A stretch of DNA of 64,000 nt, taken from Takakia lepidozioides (taxonomy: Eukaryota; Plantae; Bryophyta). Positions 13,102 to 25,710 of this stretch are shown here, in pieces. A model generated the notes under the pieces. It was given only the letters and a program-made list of their open reading frames with translations, made no database searches and was not told the origin of the DNA. The stretch covers positions 28,520,001 to 28,584,000 of the forward strand of contig CM060731.1 in the NCBI GenBank assembly GCA_030704615.1, given 5' to 3'. Numbering within the stretch: position 1 is the first letter of the stretch; the number at the start of each line of letters is the position of its first letter. The translations under genes were made by a program, and so were the position numbers.

Positions 13102-15042
13102 CCCGCGCTAGTGTGCGTTGACGCACACTGTTTGAGCTGCCACGTAAGTCTGCATTGAACCTCAAATACATGCCCTATGTGGCCGATTTTCACATGAAAA
13201 AAATAAAGACATGTTGGGGTCAAACAGTGTGCGTTGACGCACACTGTTTGAGCTGCCACGTAAGTGTGTATTGAGGCTCAAAGAGATGCCCTAGGTGGCC
13301 GATTTTCATATAAAAAAAAACAATGACATGGTGGGCTGGAACAGTGTGCGTTGACGCACACTGTTTGAGCTGCCAGGTAAGTCTGCATTGAACCTCAAAT
13401 ACATGCCCTATGTGGCCAATTTTCACATGAAAAAAACAATGACAAGTTGGGCTCAAACAGTGTGCGTTGACGCACACTATTTGAGCTGCCACGTAAGTGT
13501 GCATTGAAGCTCAAAGAGATGCCTTATGTGGCCGATTTTCAGATTAAAAAAATAATGACATGGTGTGCTCAAACAGTGTGCGTTGACGCACACTGCTGGA
13601 GCTGCCTTGAGATGCCCTATGTGGCCGATTTTCGAAAAAAAAAAAAAAAAAAAAAAAAATGCCCGCAACAGTGTGCGTTGACGCACACTGTTTGAGCTGC
13701 CACGTAAGTCTGCATTGAACCTCAAATACATGCCCTATGTGGCCGATTTTCACATGAAAAAAATAAAGACATGTTGGGGTCAAACAGTGTGCGTTGACGC
13801 ACACTGTTTGAGCTGCCACGTAAGTGTGTATTGAGGCTCAAAGAGATGCCCTAGGTGGCCGATTTTCATATAAAAAAAAACAATGACATGGTGGGCTGGA
13901 ACAGTGTGCGTTGACGCACACTGTTTGAGCTGCCAGGTAAGTCTGCATTGAACCTCAAATACATGCCCTATGTGGCCAATTTTCACATGAAAAAAACAAT
14001 GACAAGTTGGGCTCAAACAGTGTGCGTTGACGCACACTATTTGAGCTGCCACGTAAGTGTGCATTGAAGCTCAAAGAGATGCCTTATGTGGCCGATTTTC
14101 AGATTAAAAAAATAATGACATGGTGTGCTCAAACAGTGTGCGTTGACGCACACTGCTGGAGCTGCCTTGAGATGCCCTATGTGGCCGATTTTCAAAAAAA
14201 AAATAAAAAAAAAATAAAAAAAATGGATGCCTGCATTAGAGTGCGTTGACGCACACTGTTTGAGCTGCCACGTAAGTCTGCATTGAACCTCAAATACATG
14301 CCCTATGTGGCCGATTTTCACATGAAAAAAATAAAGACATGTTGGGGTCAAACAGTGTGCGTTGATGCACACTGTTTGAGCTGTCACGTAAGTGCGTATT
14401 GAGGCTCAAAGAGATGCCCTATGTGGCCGATTTTCATATATAAAAAAACAATGACATGGTGGGCTGGAACAGTGTGCGTTGACGCACACTGTTTGAGCTG
14501 CCAGGTAAGTCTGCATTGAACCTCAAATACATGCCATATGTGACCAATTTTCACATGAAAAAAACAATGACAAGTTGGGCTCAAACAGTGTGCGTTGACG
14601 CACACTATTTGAGCTGCCACGTAAGTGTGCATTGAAGCTCAAAGAGATGTCTTATGTGGCCGATTTTCAGATTAAAAATATAATGACATGGTGGGCTCAA
14701 ACAGTGTGCATTGACGCACGCTGCTGGAGCTACCATGTAAGTGTTTATTGAAGCTCAAAGAGATGCCCTATGTGGCCGATTTTCACATGAAAAAAAACAA
14801 TGACAAGGTGGGCTCAAATAGTGTGCGTTGACGCACACTGCTGGAGCTGCCAGGTAAGTGTGCATTGAACAACAAAGAGATGCCCTATGAGACCGATTTC
14901 CAAATGAAAAAAAGAATGACAAGGTGGGCTCAAACAGTGTGCGTTGACACACACTGCTAGAGCTGCCAGGTAAGTGTGCATTGAAGCTCAAAGAGATACC
15001 CTATGAGGCCGATTCCAAATGAAAAAAACAATGACAAGGTGC
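9955..15042. repeat. Tandem satellite of ~43 monomers of ~116 bp, each centred on a 36-bp palindrome, with higher-order repeats and variable poly-A tracts
   Basis: The core GCTCAAACAGTGTGCGT-TG-ACGCACACTGTTTGAGC recurs every ~95-145 bp. Poly-A runs lie at ~11287, 11774, 12138, 12490, 13064, 13635 and 14194. Confidence 0.97.
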
Positions 15043-15522
15043 ACAACACAACCTCATTACATTCGGGGTCTTCCTGTTTACTGCTCTCTAGGGTTGTTGT
15101 CGTCTTTCCATAATTGATGGTTTCATGTCATGTTTAGGGTTTGTTTTTCATCCAAATACAACACGGCTTCTTGTGGCTTCTTGTCACCCTAAACAGTTTT
15201 TCTGGTTGGTGTCTCTCAGTGTGGTTGTCTGCGAAGTTCGGTGCATGTCATTCCTACATCATTTGCAGGCATCGCCCACAGTCTTTGGGTTAGTGCTAAC
15301 CTTATTGACCTCAGTTTGTTTGTGGTGGATCCCCTTTCGAGAATTACGGGCTATCAGTTCGGGGATTCCGTTGTGAATCGCAATTTTTGGTCAGTGGAGG
15401 AAAACATGTCGAGGGAGTAAGATAGACTCGCTCGATTTCATTCCAATGCAGGTAGTCTTCCACTGACTACCACTACAGACGACAATGGGTTTGCAGTTGT
15501 TCATGAGGATGAGCTGGTTACA

Positions 15523-16613
15523 GTGTTCCCGCTGGAATTGGGTTATCTGCTTGTTCAAAAAGAGGTGTATGACGAGGATGGGAATTTGGATTCTGGGCAC
15601 TTGGAGAAACCATTGGTTGGCGAGTGTGGAAGGAAGTGGAGAGTCCTTCCAGGCACATCCTATGTCCTTGGAAAAGAGAGAAGACAATCAGCAGGATCAG
15701 TAGTTACCCCTGGCACTGCAGCATCAGTCGTGCAGCAGAAGGGCACAGTTCATGTGAAACAAGAGGTGAGCACATCCACTACATTCGTGACTCTTTCAGA
15801 CTCGTCCTCGGAGGATGTTTCTGAGATTCCTCCGCCAGTGCACACTCCCATCTTGGATGATGACGAATTGCAGGAGATAACGAGTGTCATTCCGAAATTG
15901 AAAGCCCTCGCAGGGGTGCTTGGGTGCAAGAGCGAGTTGCGTTTTGTTGATTGGGAGTCCCTTCATGTGCAGCGGGTTCAATACGTGCCAACAAAGTTTG
16001 ATGGGGACATCTTGTTTGAGCTCAACCCTCCCACGTCTTCCAGTGGACTGGCTAGGCTTCTGCAAGGCATGGACAAGAAACATGACGGACACCCTTGGTG
16101 CATGACAAAAACATCGAACATCCACAACGACATTGGATTGAAATTTCGAAGGTCGGTTTGCGTTGGGCATTGCAAGTGCGTGAATATTTCTTGCCCTCGG
16201 CTGAGAAACAGCGCTAATCGGCTGATGACGAATCGGGTGCAAATCACAAATGCAAGATGGAATCGGCTATTTTGCAGGCTCGGGTGACTCGTATCACCGA
16301 AGTCCCTCCCGGGTATGGACGGATTTACACAGTGCTGTCTATTGGCTCAATTTTTCATGGCAAAGAATATCAGGTTACCGTGGGGAATTTCCCTAAATGC
16401 ACTTGTCCGGATTTTGTAACGATGCGTGAGGGCGCCCTCGGCATGAGAGGGAAGTGGATCCTCTGCAAGCATCAATATTACATATATCTTGTAATTATGT
16501 GTTGCGACGGTAAGAGAGACCAATTCATTCACCAAGCCACACTAGGCTACGGAGAAGTCATCACCCTTCTGCAGCGGGACACCTCACGTGGGGCTCCGCC
16601 AAATTCTCTTTGA
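15523..16613 (+). pseudogene. MULE-type transposase remnant: N-terminal Cys-rich DNA-binding-like region plus SWIM zinc finger, catalytic core absent
   Basis: GMDKKHDGHPWCMTKTSNI..RSVCVGHCKCVNISCP is followed by a frameshift to YQVTVGNFPKCTCPDF...CKHQYYIY (SWIM CxC..CxH). No DDE region lies between them. Confidence 0.7.
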
Positions 16614-19156
16614 ACACATACGAGCCATGCCCGCTTCCCATGCTGGTTTCCAGGTTACCGTGTGAAGACTTTGCATTTATGACAAACACATACATTTCGT
16701 TCATGGAACCAGGGCAAATGCACATGCCATTCATTGTAAGCGTCTATCTGTGAATTCAAATAAAGTGTGTCAATCATTCTGAGCTCAAATCTGCCATATT
16801 TTCATATTCCTCTTTTTGTGCAGGCATTGCAGACACGGTGCATGGTGGCCCCCTTTGTTTTGTCCACGGTAATAGGCCCTCTTCCTGCAATCCTCGCCTA
16901 TAGGACCTGCTTCTCCAGCAGATTTGTGCCGCTCACGCTTCCCTGAAGTGTGAGCTCAGCTCACGCTTTGCAGCTTCAACGTGAGCTCAGCTCCCAGGCT
17001 CACGGGGCTGGGCTCACGCCGTAGCTACGCTGCTCCATCGGGCCTCCGGACTTGAAGCCACTTGAGACGGTGGAGTCGGAGTGCACAGATAGAATGCTGG
17101 AGCTGTGGTGTCGTTTCTATGAGAAAACGGTTGAGAAGAAGTACTCAAGTACTGTTGCTCTTCTGTCAGCCTCAACGTGGTCTCGTATGATGACACATTG
17201 GGACGGGCCACGGGAAAGGCTAGTGGAGTATCTGCATTCTTGCTAGAGCGTTCCTCGGCTCGGCAAAGACATAAAAGACTGCCATCATATAATCGTTCTG
17301 ATTGTGGAGGAGTAAGATCTCGCATACCCAGTCTGTTCTGTCGGGCCAGTCTTTTGAATGACGTCACTACGTTCACACCTGCCTCTTGCTGGTTGAGTCC
17401 GTTCAGACTGGCAAATCTGCCCAGTCTTTTGAATGAGGACAGTCTGCTCGGTCTGCCCACTCAGCCCTGAGTCTGCTCAATCTGCCGAGTCTGCTGAGTC
17501 TGCCCATTATGCTGAGTCTGCTCATTATGCCGAGTCTGCTGAGTGATGAGTCTTCTGAGTCTGCTGAGTCGTGACTCTGCCGAGTCGGCTGAGTGTAGTG
17601 GGACCAGGACCAAGCCTACTTGTGAGTCTGTAGAGTCTGCTGGAGAGGCAATTGGAGTGGTCTGCTGAGAGGACTGTTGCCGTGAGACTCATGAGATTCA
17701 TCTTGCAGGGCGCACTGGAGTGTTGTTGTCATCGACGTGCGGAAAGGCTGCTACACTCACATGAACTCCATCGAGTCTTTGTATGGTTGACCATATGTTT
17801 TGTCATGGATACGGAAGCTGCATGCGGAGTGTTTAGGCTACACTGTTGATTCACCGGGTTGGGAGGAGGTTAGGGCATTTCAGTTCAACCAGCCTGAAGT
17901 GCCCCAACAGCCATTCAGCTGGGAATGCGGGTTTTACGTCATGTCCTTCATCCAAGGATATTATGAATGGCTACAAACTGGGCATAGTTGAACCTCTTCT
18001 AAAAGGACAGAGAGAGGAGTACTTTCACGAAACACTGGTTTACGTTCAAGTTTGCACTTGGCTAACGGATGCAGTGTCTTAAGTACATCTTGACTGGTTT
18101 GACCGCTGCTGAGAAAGCAGTATTCTCATAGATATCCATCTGGGCCTGAGATTAGAGGTGCACCATAGGACGCATTTGTCATGTAAGCATGCTTTTGAGC
18201 ATTTGCAACGAAATAAAATATGACTTTGCATACACATCCTATTGGTCGCATATGAGTGCAGTGTGGAGTAGTCGCTGTAGACTTGTGACCAATTCACTGC
18301 ATGTTGTTAAGCGGACTTACCCCTGCACACACAATCATTTTATTTAACATACCAAGGGAGTCCACTGGTCAGCAAATAGCCGAGAGTCAGCAGACTGCCA
18401 GAGTACGGGAAGAGGGTATGCCTAGGCTTGTGAGCAGACAGAGGGCAATGTCGCCAGACTGACGAGAGTCCGACAGACCGAGGAGTTGGAACCAGTCTGG
18501 CAGACTGACAGATGCAATTGGGAACCATGAGTTTGCACTGGTGAGCAGACTGTCGAGAGAGTCACCGGAGTGGTAGAGTAATGGCATTGGCCAGTAGACT
18601 GCCAAGTCTGGTTAGCAGAGTAAGTGAGAGTCCACCGTACTGAGAATGGCCAGTCTGATGGGCAGACCGCATGAGCTCACTGGTCAGCCAGGTGCAGGCA
18701 CGTTCAGAACCGGGAGACTGGTCTGCTCAGGAGAAGGTTGGCACAGTAGACCATTCGAAGACTGCGTCCCAGCCTGGTACAGCAGACTGGTTCAGACACC
18801 AGAAGACTGGTTGAGCAGACTGGTTCAAACGGTAGAAGACTAGTTGAGCAGACAAGTTCAGACGCCAGAAGACTGGTTTACCAGGCTGGTTGGCAGACAG
18901 GTTGGAAGTCTGGTGCACATGCAATCGTACCGCTGAAATTTTATTTCATGGGGAGAATGATACTGTACCATTTCCTACATTCCTACTCTATTTTACAACT
19001 GGTATACGGTCTGCAACCCTCCGGATTGTGGAGTATATGTGTGCTATAGGTGTTGGGGCACCAACCCTCTTCCCTGTTTTGCGTAAGACCCTGGTCGCGT
19101 TTTCCATGCCTCAACGAAATCCCGTTTCTTTTTCAGCGACATATTGTTGTTGTCAT

Positions 19157-21810
19157 TTACAGGACGGAAGCTCTTTGCTGCCGCAGGATGCAACATTCCT
19201 GCAGCACTCTTGGCGAGAATATCAACAAGCTGCCCCCTACAGATACGAAGAGAAGACAATACATGTTTTTGCAGGTATTTGTCGTCCCCAACAATGCGAA
19301 GTATGTCTGCAAATTCTTCATGGAGGATGGTACGAGGACAGGCTCCGCATCATAGGGGAAGTCATCTGTGGAAGGGCCCTCTGTTGCATTTCCCAAACCC
19401 TCTTCGTCACCGACACTTGCATGAACCCTAAACACATTATGCAATCCTCCATGAATGGTTCCCAGCGCCGTGCCACAAGCGCGCACTATGAGCCCATCCT
19501 GCAAGTGTGGATGAAGCAACTTCAGGACTCGGACTTGATGTTTGCACAAATTGCCCTTCATTGCCCATGGGCAAGTGCAAGAAGCCCATTCGCATCCGGG
19601 GTTGTAAACAATGTAAATTGTGTTTGGGTAATTGGTGTTTAGAACATAGGCTGGTTGCCCAGGATGGAACGGAAGAGTGACATTGCAAGCTGGGATATCG
19701 CGTGCCGCAAGCACAGAACTGGATATGTACTCTCATGTTTGTCATTCCTTATGAATCCGTGCGTCTTCAGGTGAATTGCATACCAGTAGTGTGTTAGCAC
19801 ACGGCCTTTGAGTTCCCATATGAGCCAATCCACTCTACGCCCAGTCATTTTGCCTTTCCCTATCCTCAGTCTTGCCTTCAAGTTTCCATGGTATGCCTCA
19901 ATGCTAGCATTGGTGTCTTGACTGGCATGCGGAACATGGCGAGCTGCTGTACACCACATTGCTATTTTAGGACGCCATTCCTTATCGATGTAGTCCAGAA
20001 ATTCATGCCCATTCGGATATTTCTTTCTCATGCGTCGGAGCGTTGTTGCTACCCATGCAAGACCTTATTTGGGATTGCTTGGTCTACCTCTACAGTACAT
20101 GAGGTCTCCCATATCTTTCAGCAAGTTTGCGGCAGTGATAGAATCTTTGGTTTTCGCGCATGATTGCTTCACCCAAGCCCGCCGGACATGCCAAAGGCAC
20201 AGGAAAATGAGCACTCCTTGAAAAACAGCCCTGCAAAGTACACATGTCCACATGAGAGACTTCAAAGAGGATTTCGCCAGTGGACTTGGGCACTAACCCA
20301 GTAGACTGTCTAGTTGACTGGTCTGCTCGTCTGTTCCAAACGGATTCAGGCAGCAGACTCGCCCACTCTGACCTGCCATGAGTGTTGCCCTCACGACACC
20401 GCCAACAGACCTGACCACACTGACCTCGCAGCGGACTTACGTAAGTGAGTCTTGCAACGGACTTGGCCAGAGGGCATCCCGAGCGGACTGGGTTGCCAGC
20501 AGACTTCCAAACAGTCCCCTCCGGCGGACTCGCCTACGAGCGGACTTGCTCGACCAGACTGAGGTCGAGCAGACTGGCGCACGTGAGTCTTGCAGCGGAC
20601 TGCTTGCAAACAGTCCCCTCCGGCGGACTCGCCTGCCAGCGGACTTGCTGGACCAGACCGAGGTCGCAGCAGACTGACGCACATGACTCCTGCAGCGGAC
20701 TGCTTGCGAACAGTCCCCTCCGGCGAACCTACCTGCTAGCAGACTTGCTGGACCAGATTGAGGTCGCAGTAGACTGACGTGAGTCTTGCAGCGGACTGCT
20801 TGCGAACAGTCCCCTCCGGCGGACTTGCCCTTCTAGCGGACTTGCCCTTAGGAGACCGGCAGCAGACTTACCCAGACTTTGCTGGCAGCACACCCGAGTA
20901 GACTGACTTGTCCCGTGTCCATGCATCCCCCAACCCGGTGTTGTTCATGACGTGCTCTTTATGTTCCATCATGATTTGGGCGACTGACAGGCCTCGGCAC
21001 AGACACTCCATGACCCATGCTTTCAATTCCTCGCTAATGTGTGGTGCATAGGCGTGACAAGTGTTCCTGAACTCAACGGACTTCCCATGACAGGCGTTCC
21101 CTTTCGCGTCTGTATGCTCCATATTGTTGTAGTACGTGAGGACACAAATGTCGGGGGCGAGATAACATTGCTGGACCTTGAAACAGCACTGACAACCACG
21201 CTTGTAAGACTCTCCATATTCCGACTTCTTTCTCCTTGGGCCTTTATGAGGGTGAGATGTTCCAGCACCCACAAGAGGTCCTCCACGTTTCAGTTTGGGA
21301 TCCTCCACTATTGCATTGTTGGTGCGCTTGTCATCTGGACCGTAGCAGCATTGATACCTGGACATAAAAATCACAATGGATATCCATCGACTTCTGGAAG
21401 TATGAAATCACAGAACGTGGGTACGAATAATGGCAACAAACATGCAATCAGATTACAAAAGGACTATGAGGATGGAACACACATGATACTGTTTAGAGAA
21501 CTGCTGGCTCTCGGCTCTTTTAGCATGCCGGGTTGCACTTTAGTATGGACATTCACCCAAAACTGAGTGGGGTAGTCCACCAAACTCTCCTCTCCAAGGC
21601 GAAAATCATCAACTCTATCCCACGGTATGCAAGCCTTCAGAACATTCTGTCTGGCACCCATATAACCATATTGCGTGTCTCTCTTCCATTGGAGGTCCTT
21701 CGTGTTGAAGGGTCCTGGTTTGGGTGTTTGCAAACTTTGTCGAAGAGGCCGTTTAATCCAGCATCCTGTTTTTAGTATATCATCACCTTCTGCTTCCACG
21801 TCCATACCCT
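19157..21810 (-). pseudogene. Spliced MULE (MuDR-type) transposase with SWIM domain, disrupted
   Basis: N-terminal RYQCCYGPDD..KRGCQC..H..CHG (WRKY/FLYWCH-like), FLCLWHVRRAW (CxxH), DTNASIEAYHGNLK (catalytic E) and CTCPWAMKGNLCKHQ (SWIM). Frameshifts are present and the region with the first catalytic Asp residues is not seen. Confidence 0.85.
20445..20835. repeat. About four copies of a ~100-bp tandem repeat inside a transposase intron
   Basis: GAGTCTTGCAGCGGACTGCTTGC(A/G)AACAGTCCCCTCCGGCG-like units start near 20448, 20585, 20686 and 20781. Confidence 0.85.
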
Positions 21811-24800
21811 GTACAGTACAGAGGACACGCTTCAGAACCTGCAAGAAACGCGCCACAGTACACTGGACACGATGGACAACGTGCAAGGAGCATCAGTGCG
21901 CACGTTCGCGGCTGCTGGCAAGTGGCAGGCGGCTTTGAATTCATATCCTAAAAATGGAAGGCTCAGATGGCATTTGCGAACGGACGGTCCAGATGCAGCA
22001 TCATCAGTGGATTGGAGGAAAGCGGAGTCATGGGCGGCGGACTGGCGGGCAGACTGTTGGGTAGACTGGCCGGGACTGGCACAACGGACTGGCATGGATG
22101 GCGCGGATGGGTTTCTCAGAATGGACGATCCAGATCCTTCGGCCGGCGCGGACTGATAGACTGACAGACTGGGGCAGCAGACGGGCACAGCGGACTGTTG
22201 GGTGGACTTGTGGGGACTGGCACAGCGGACTGGCGTGCACAGCAGACTGGCCGACAGACTGTCGGTTTGGCGGATTGAGGGAACTGGACTCACGGGCAGC
22301 GGACTGGCGGGCGGACTGGCCGTGCCGGACTGGCCGTGCCGGACTGGGGGTGCGGTGGAGCGCGGTGCGGGGGTGGCTGGTAGGGCCGCGGCAGCAGCTG
22401 GCCGAACCCCGGGGGTCCCGGTGAGGGGAGCCGGGCGCCCGTGCCCACCGGTCAGCTCGCGCGTGCGCCATAACGTCCCAATTATTGTAAAATGAGAGGC
22501 TATATTCCTCCATGATATTTCAGCTCCACACACTCCACGTGCTTCTGAAGCTTATCCTTTCCCATGTACTTTTTATAGCCTCTATTGTAGATTAATAGCG
22601 ACTCGAATGCATTGCGGGGCCCAAGGAGAGGTCCATGGGTCTGGAGCATGGAGGATGTCCTCTTGCCCCAGGCATGACCCTTTTTTTTGGACGTGGTGTG
22701 GCCATAGGCCTCAACGAATGCTATCGAAAATCCGAGGCCTTTTGATTGAACATTTTAGCAGAGAGAGAACCCATCTACTCTTTCCTCCAACGTTTCCTCC
22801 AAAGCGTAGATGGTTTGTGTGTCTGCTAAAATGGTCAATCAAAAGTGAGGCTCTTGTTCCTTGGTCGACTGCATGTACCATCTCTGCATGATCGTAGCAG
22901 CTAGCTCACGATAATCTGCCTTTTCTAAAGCGCAAGCTTCACGTGTTCCCAGCTATTGTATTTTTCGCCAGCTCATTGCTTCGCCGCCATCTGATTGATG
23001 ACTCTGTTATCGTTGATTGGGTCATAGAAACGTACTTTGGATCGCCTATACATTCCTTTCTCGAATGATATACCTTGCCTTCCACCGTACAACGTCATTT
23101 CTCCTCCAGCTGTGATTACAAATTGGTCCGTTGGCATTCTTTTGTTCTTCAAATATGACATCTGGAACATCCTTCTATAAAGCTTCTCGTATCTCGAAGT
23201 TCGATTCGTGCGCAAGTGCCTTCAGCTATGCATTGGTGGTCTTCCTGCCTCGAGGTCTGCTATTCATCTACTGAAAGTTGAGCAAGTACAATCTGCAAGG
23301 ATCTTCAGAAATGGTCATGCGAGGGTTCCTGCAGGTTGATACAGAGATAAAATGACACATATATCATTTTATGTGTCATACGTGCAAGGCCGACGTCGAG
23401 TCTCTAGTAACATATCTGATAATTGAAGTTGTCCAATCTCCGTGGCAGCCAACCATGCCAATATCCGTTGCTCTCACTCTCAGACTGCTCCTTCAACTTG
23501 TTTGAAGAACCTGCAATCGATCCAAAACTACCTGATCATCCTGAACCACGAATTTCACAATAATTTCTGTATCCAGAAGTTCGGTGACTCGAATCAGGAA
23601 GTAATTTGCCAGACTCCCGTATCTTGTCGGGTGTCCCGGTTTTTCGAAAGACTGTATGCATCATGGGATTATCCCAGTACACGAGACCACATTTCCCTAA
23701 GCCCTGGAAAGTTTGGATCAGAAAGCGGTTGTCGAAGTCTAACAAACGCCATGGGTACCTGGCAGCATTATTTTGGGGTTGTCCTATTCCCGGTGATTTT
23801 TGTCTGCACTATTCTGGACTGAAAGCCTCTACAGAATAACACTCATGTGCAAACGAAAATAAGAGTCCACAATAGAATCAGCTTTGGACATCTAGAAAGC
23901 GGTGTTGCTGAGCTGCCTAGTGATGGCAGCTAGCAAGCTGAGATTCCACGATTATGATGGTGTTTCAAACAGTTGGATTATGACGTGTTGAAAGTTTGAA
24001 TGCTATTTCCTTGTCCCAGCCTGTAATGTGAACACGGCTATGATCAGGAATCGCTATGACTGTTAGTTCTTGTGATTTGTATGGTGCATAAAATGAACAT
24101 CTGGCTCAATGTGGTAGCACAACACATGTGGTTGAAGACTTTGGGTGTCGACTGAGAATTACCATACACCGATTGTGAGCATTTTGGGATAACGACGCAA
24201 CTGAAATGGTCCTCTTTGGACAAACCTCCGCAGTGTCGAATCTACTCTAGCTCGCCACCTGATGGCTACATCGTGTTCTGGCTGCTGCAAAGCTCCTAAT
24301 GGTCTGGTAGTGAGCATGATCCTACATGCTCAGCACAGGAGGCACATTGTGCAGAGCCCCAAGGTTGGCGTCGATGACGCAGGTGATAGATAATGATAGA
24401 ACTTCAACCAACCCTGCCACCGTGTAAGCCCCACTAAATTCTCCAGGGAAGAAAGCCATCTTGATGGCAGGATACAAATTGTCAACAACGCTTCAGGTGA
24501 CCTCCACGTGACAGTTGTCTACTATGTAACACAAGCTCCATCGATGTGTGCTCATGCTGTAATGAACGAGCACAAGTTGCCCACCCAAAAATACCCATGC
24601 TAAAGACAGCTCTAGAGTGCTGCACATTATGGCTTGGTTTCACCATGTTGCGCCCTAAGGCGTTTCCTCAGCAAACCTAGAGCGTTTGACTAGGTTCTGG
24701 ATTTCAAATGTTTGTGGGAACTTCCAGGGTTCCGTTACAGGCTAACTTAGCAGAGAAGTATTCAACGTTAGAATAATCTGAGGAACTGATTTCTAAGGAT

Positions 24801-25494
24801 ACTGAACACCTACTAGTCGGCCAGTGAGGGCATCACACGCATGGCTTTCAGGCCGAAACTTGGATACGGTTTTGGTAATGGCTTTATGATGTTTACACAT
24901 TGACCATGTTCCATCTATTCCATCTATTCTAACCAGTGAGCTGGCTGTCCTTCCTTACATGGAATAGGAAGCAGTTTCAGTTAGGAAGACATGGATGTGG
25001 ATTTGCACCAGCGTTTGGGACATACCTTAAATCTATTGGAGTACTTCAAACTTTTGTCATATAGCTTCTCCTTCACAAAGTTTCTTCATTTAACGACTCT
25101 GGTTTAGGGTTTAAGGTCGCTAGTCCCTATTCAATATTGAGAAATGTCTGCAACTTGCACTTTGGATGAGGGGTGGCGTATGGGTCTCGTGTCATCACTA
25201 AGTCTTATCCCAAGTTCAAACTGCCCCGCCCAGATCCCAAGTTTCCACTTTTGGAAACTGGGCCCTGTCCGATCCCAAAAATGATTGAAGTGTATCCTTT
25301 GAATGTTTCTTGAACCTTACCGTGACTACAATAGAAAAATGGGGGCCCGTCCTGTTTCCACTAATATCTCCAAAATGCATCTGGGCCACTCTCACACTTC
25401 CCAAAATGAGGAGGTGGTGGCAGATTCTATCCCTTGAAAAATCAAAGGCTCATTCCAAGTGCATATTCAAGCAGCATGGGAAGGGAGTAGAGAA

Positions 25495-25710
25495 AGACTA
25501 GATCTTAAGGAGATAGCTCTCATCCGAACAACTGATTAAATGGGAAGGGAGCAGAAAAAGACCAGATCACAGGAGATAGCAGCTCTCATCCACACAACTG
25601 ATTTAAAAGGGAGGGAGAAGAGGAAGGATAGATCACGTGGTGAGCTCTCATCCCCAACAACTGAATAAATAGGAAGAGAGAGATAGATCATGAGGAGAGC
25701 TCCCATCCCC
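25495..25710. repeat. Degenerate ~60-bp tandem repeat (3-4 copies)
   Basis: AGATC...AGCTCTCATCC...ACAACTGA is repeated. Confidence 0.75.

Larger units (their letters stand above)
8540..17030. mobile_element. Nested ~8.5 kb non-autonomous MULE with imperfect TIRs and a TSD of at least 9 bp
   Basis: Direct repeat TGCTCCATC(G) at 8531-8540 and 17031-17040. The left end GTGCTATTCCGTGAGCCC..GCGTGAGCCTG resembles the right-end reverse complement GTAGCTACGGCGTGAGCCC..CGTGAGCCTG. CGTGAGC subterminal repeats occur at both ends, and a SWIM transposase remnant lies inside. Confidence 0.85.
8461..18082 (+). pseudogene. Ulp1-like SUMO protease (Peptidase C48) of a MULE, split by a nested insertion at 8540-17030
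   Basis: Removing the insertion gives HFYEGNPRYECSI|GPPDLKPLETVESECTDRMLELWCRFYEK. The exon from ~17709 reads AHWSVVVIDVRKGCYTHMNS...VPQQPFSWECGFYVM, matching the C48 His and Gln/Cys motifs. In-frame stops are present. Confidence 0.8.

Noticed and set aside
10396-14991. Many 60-116 aa ORFs (MHTYVAAQ..., poly-Phe/Lys)
   Set aside because: They are translations of the satellite and its poly-A tracts.
9955-15042. CRISPR-like array (36-bp palindromic repeats at regular spacing)
   Set aside because: The intervening sequences are homologous and recur in higher-order units rather than being unique spacers. There are no cas genes and the context is eukaryotic.
21832-22533. 233-aa Pro/Ala/Ser-rich ORF and overlapping ORFs
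   Set aside because: They arise from GC-rich, GGACTGGC-repetitive subterminal TE sequence that is open in several frames.
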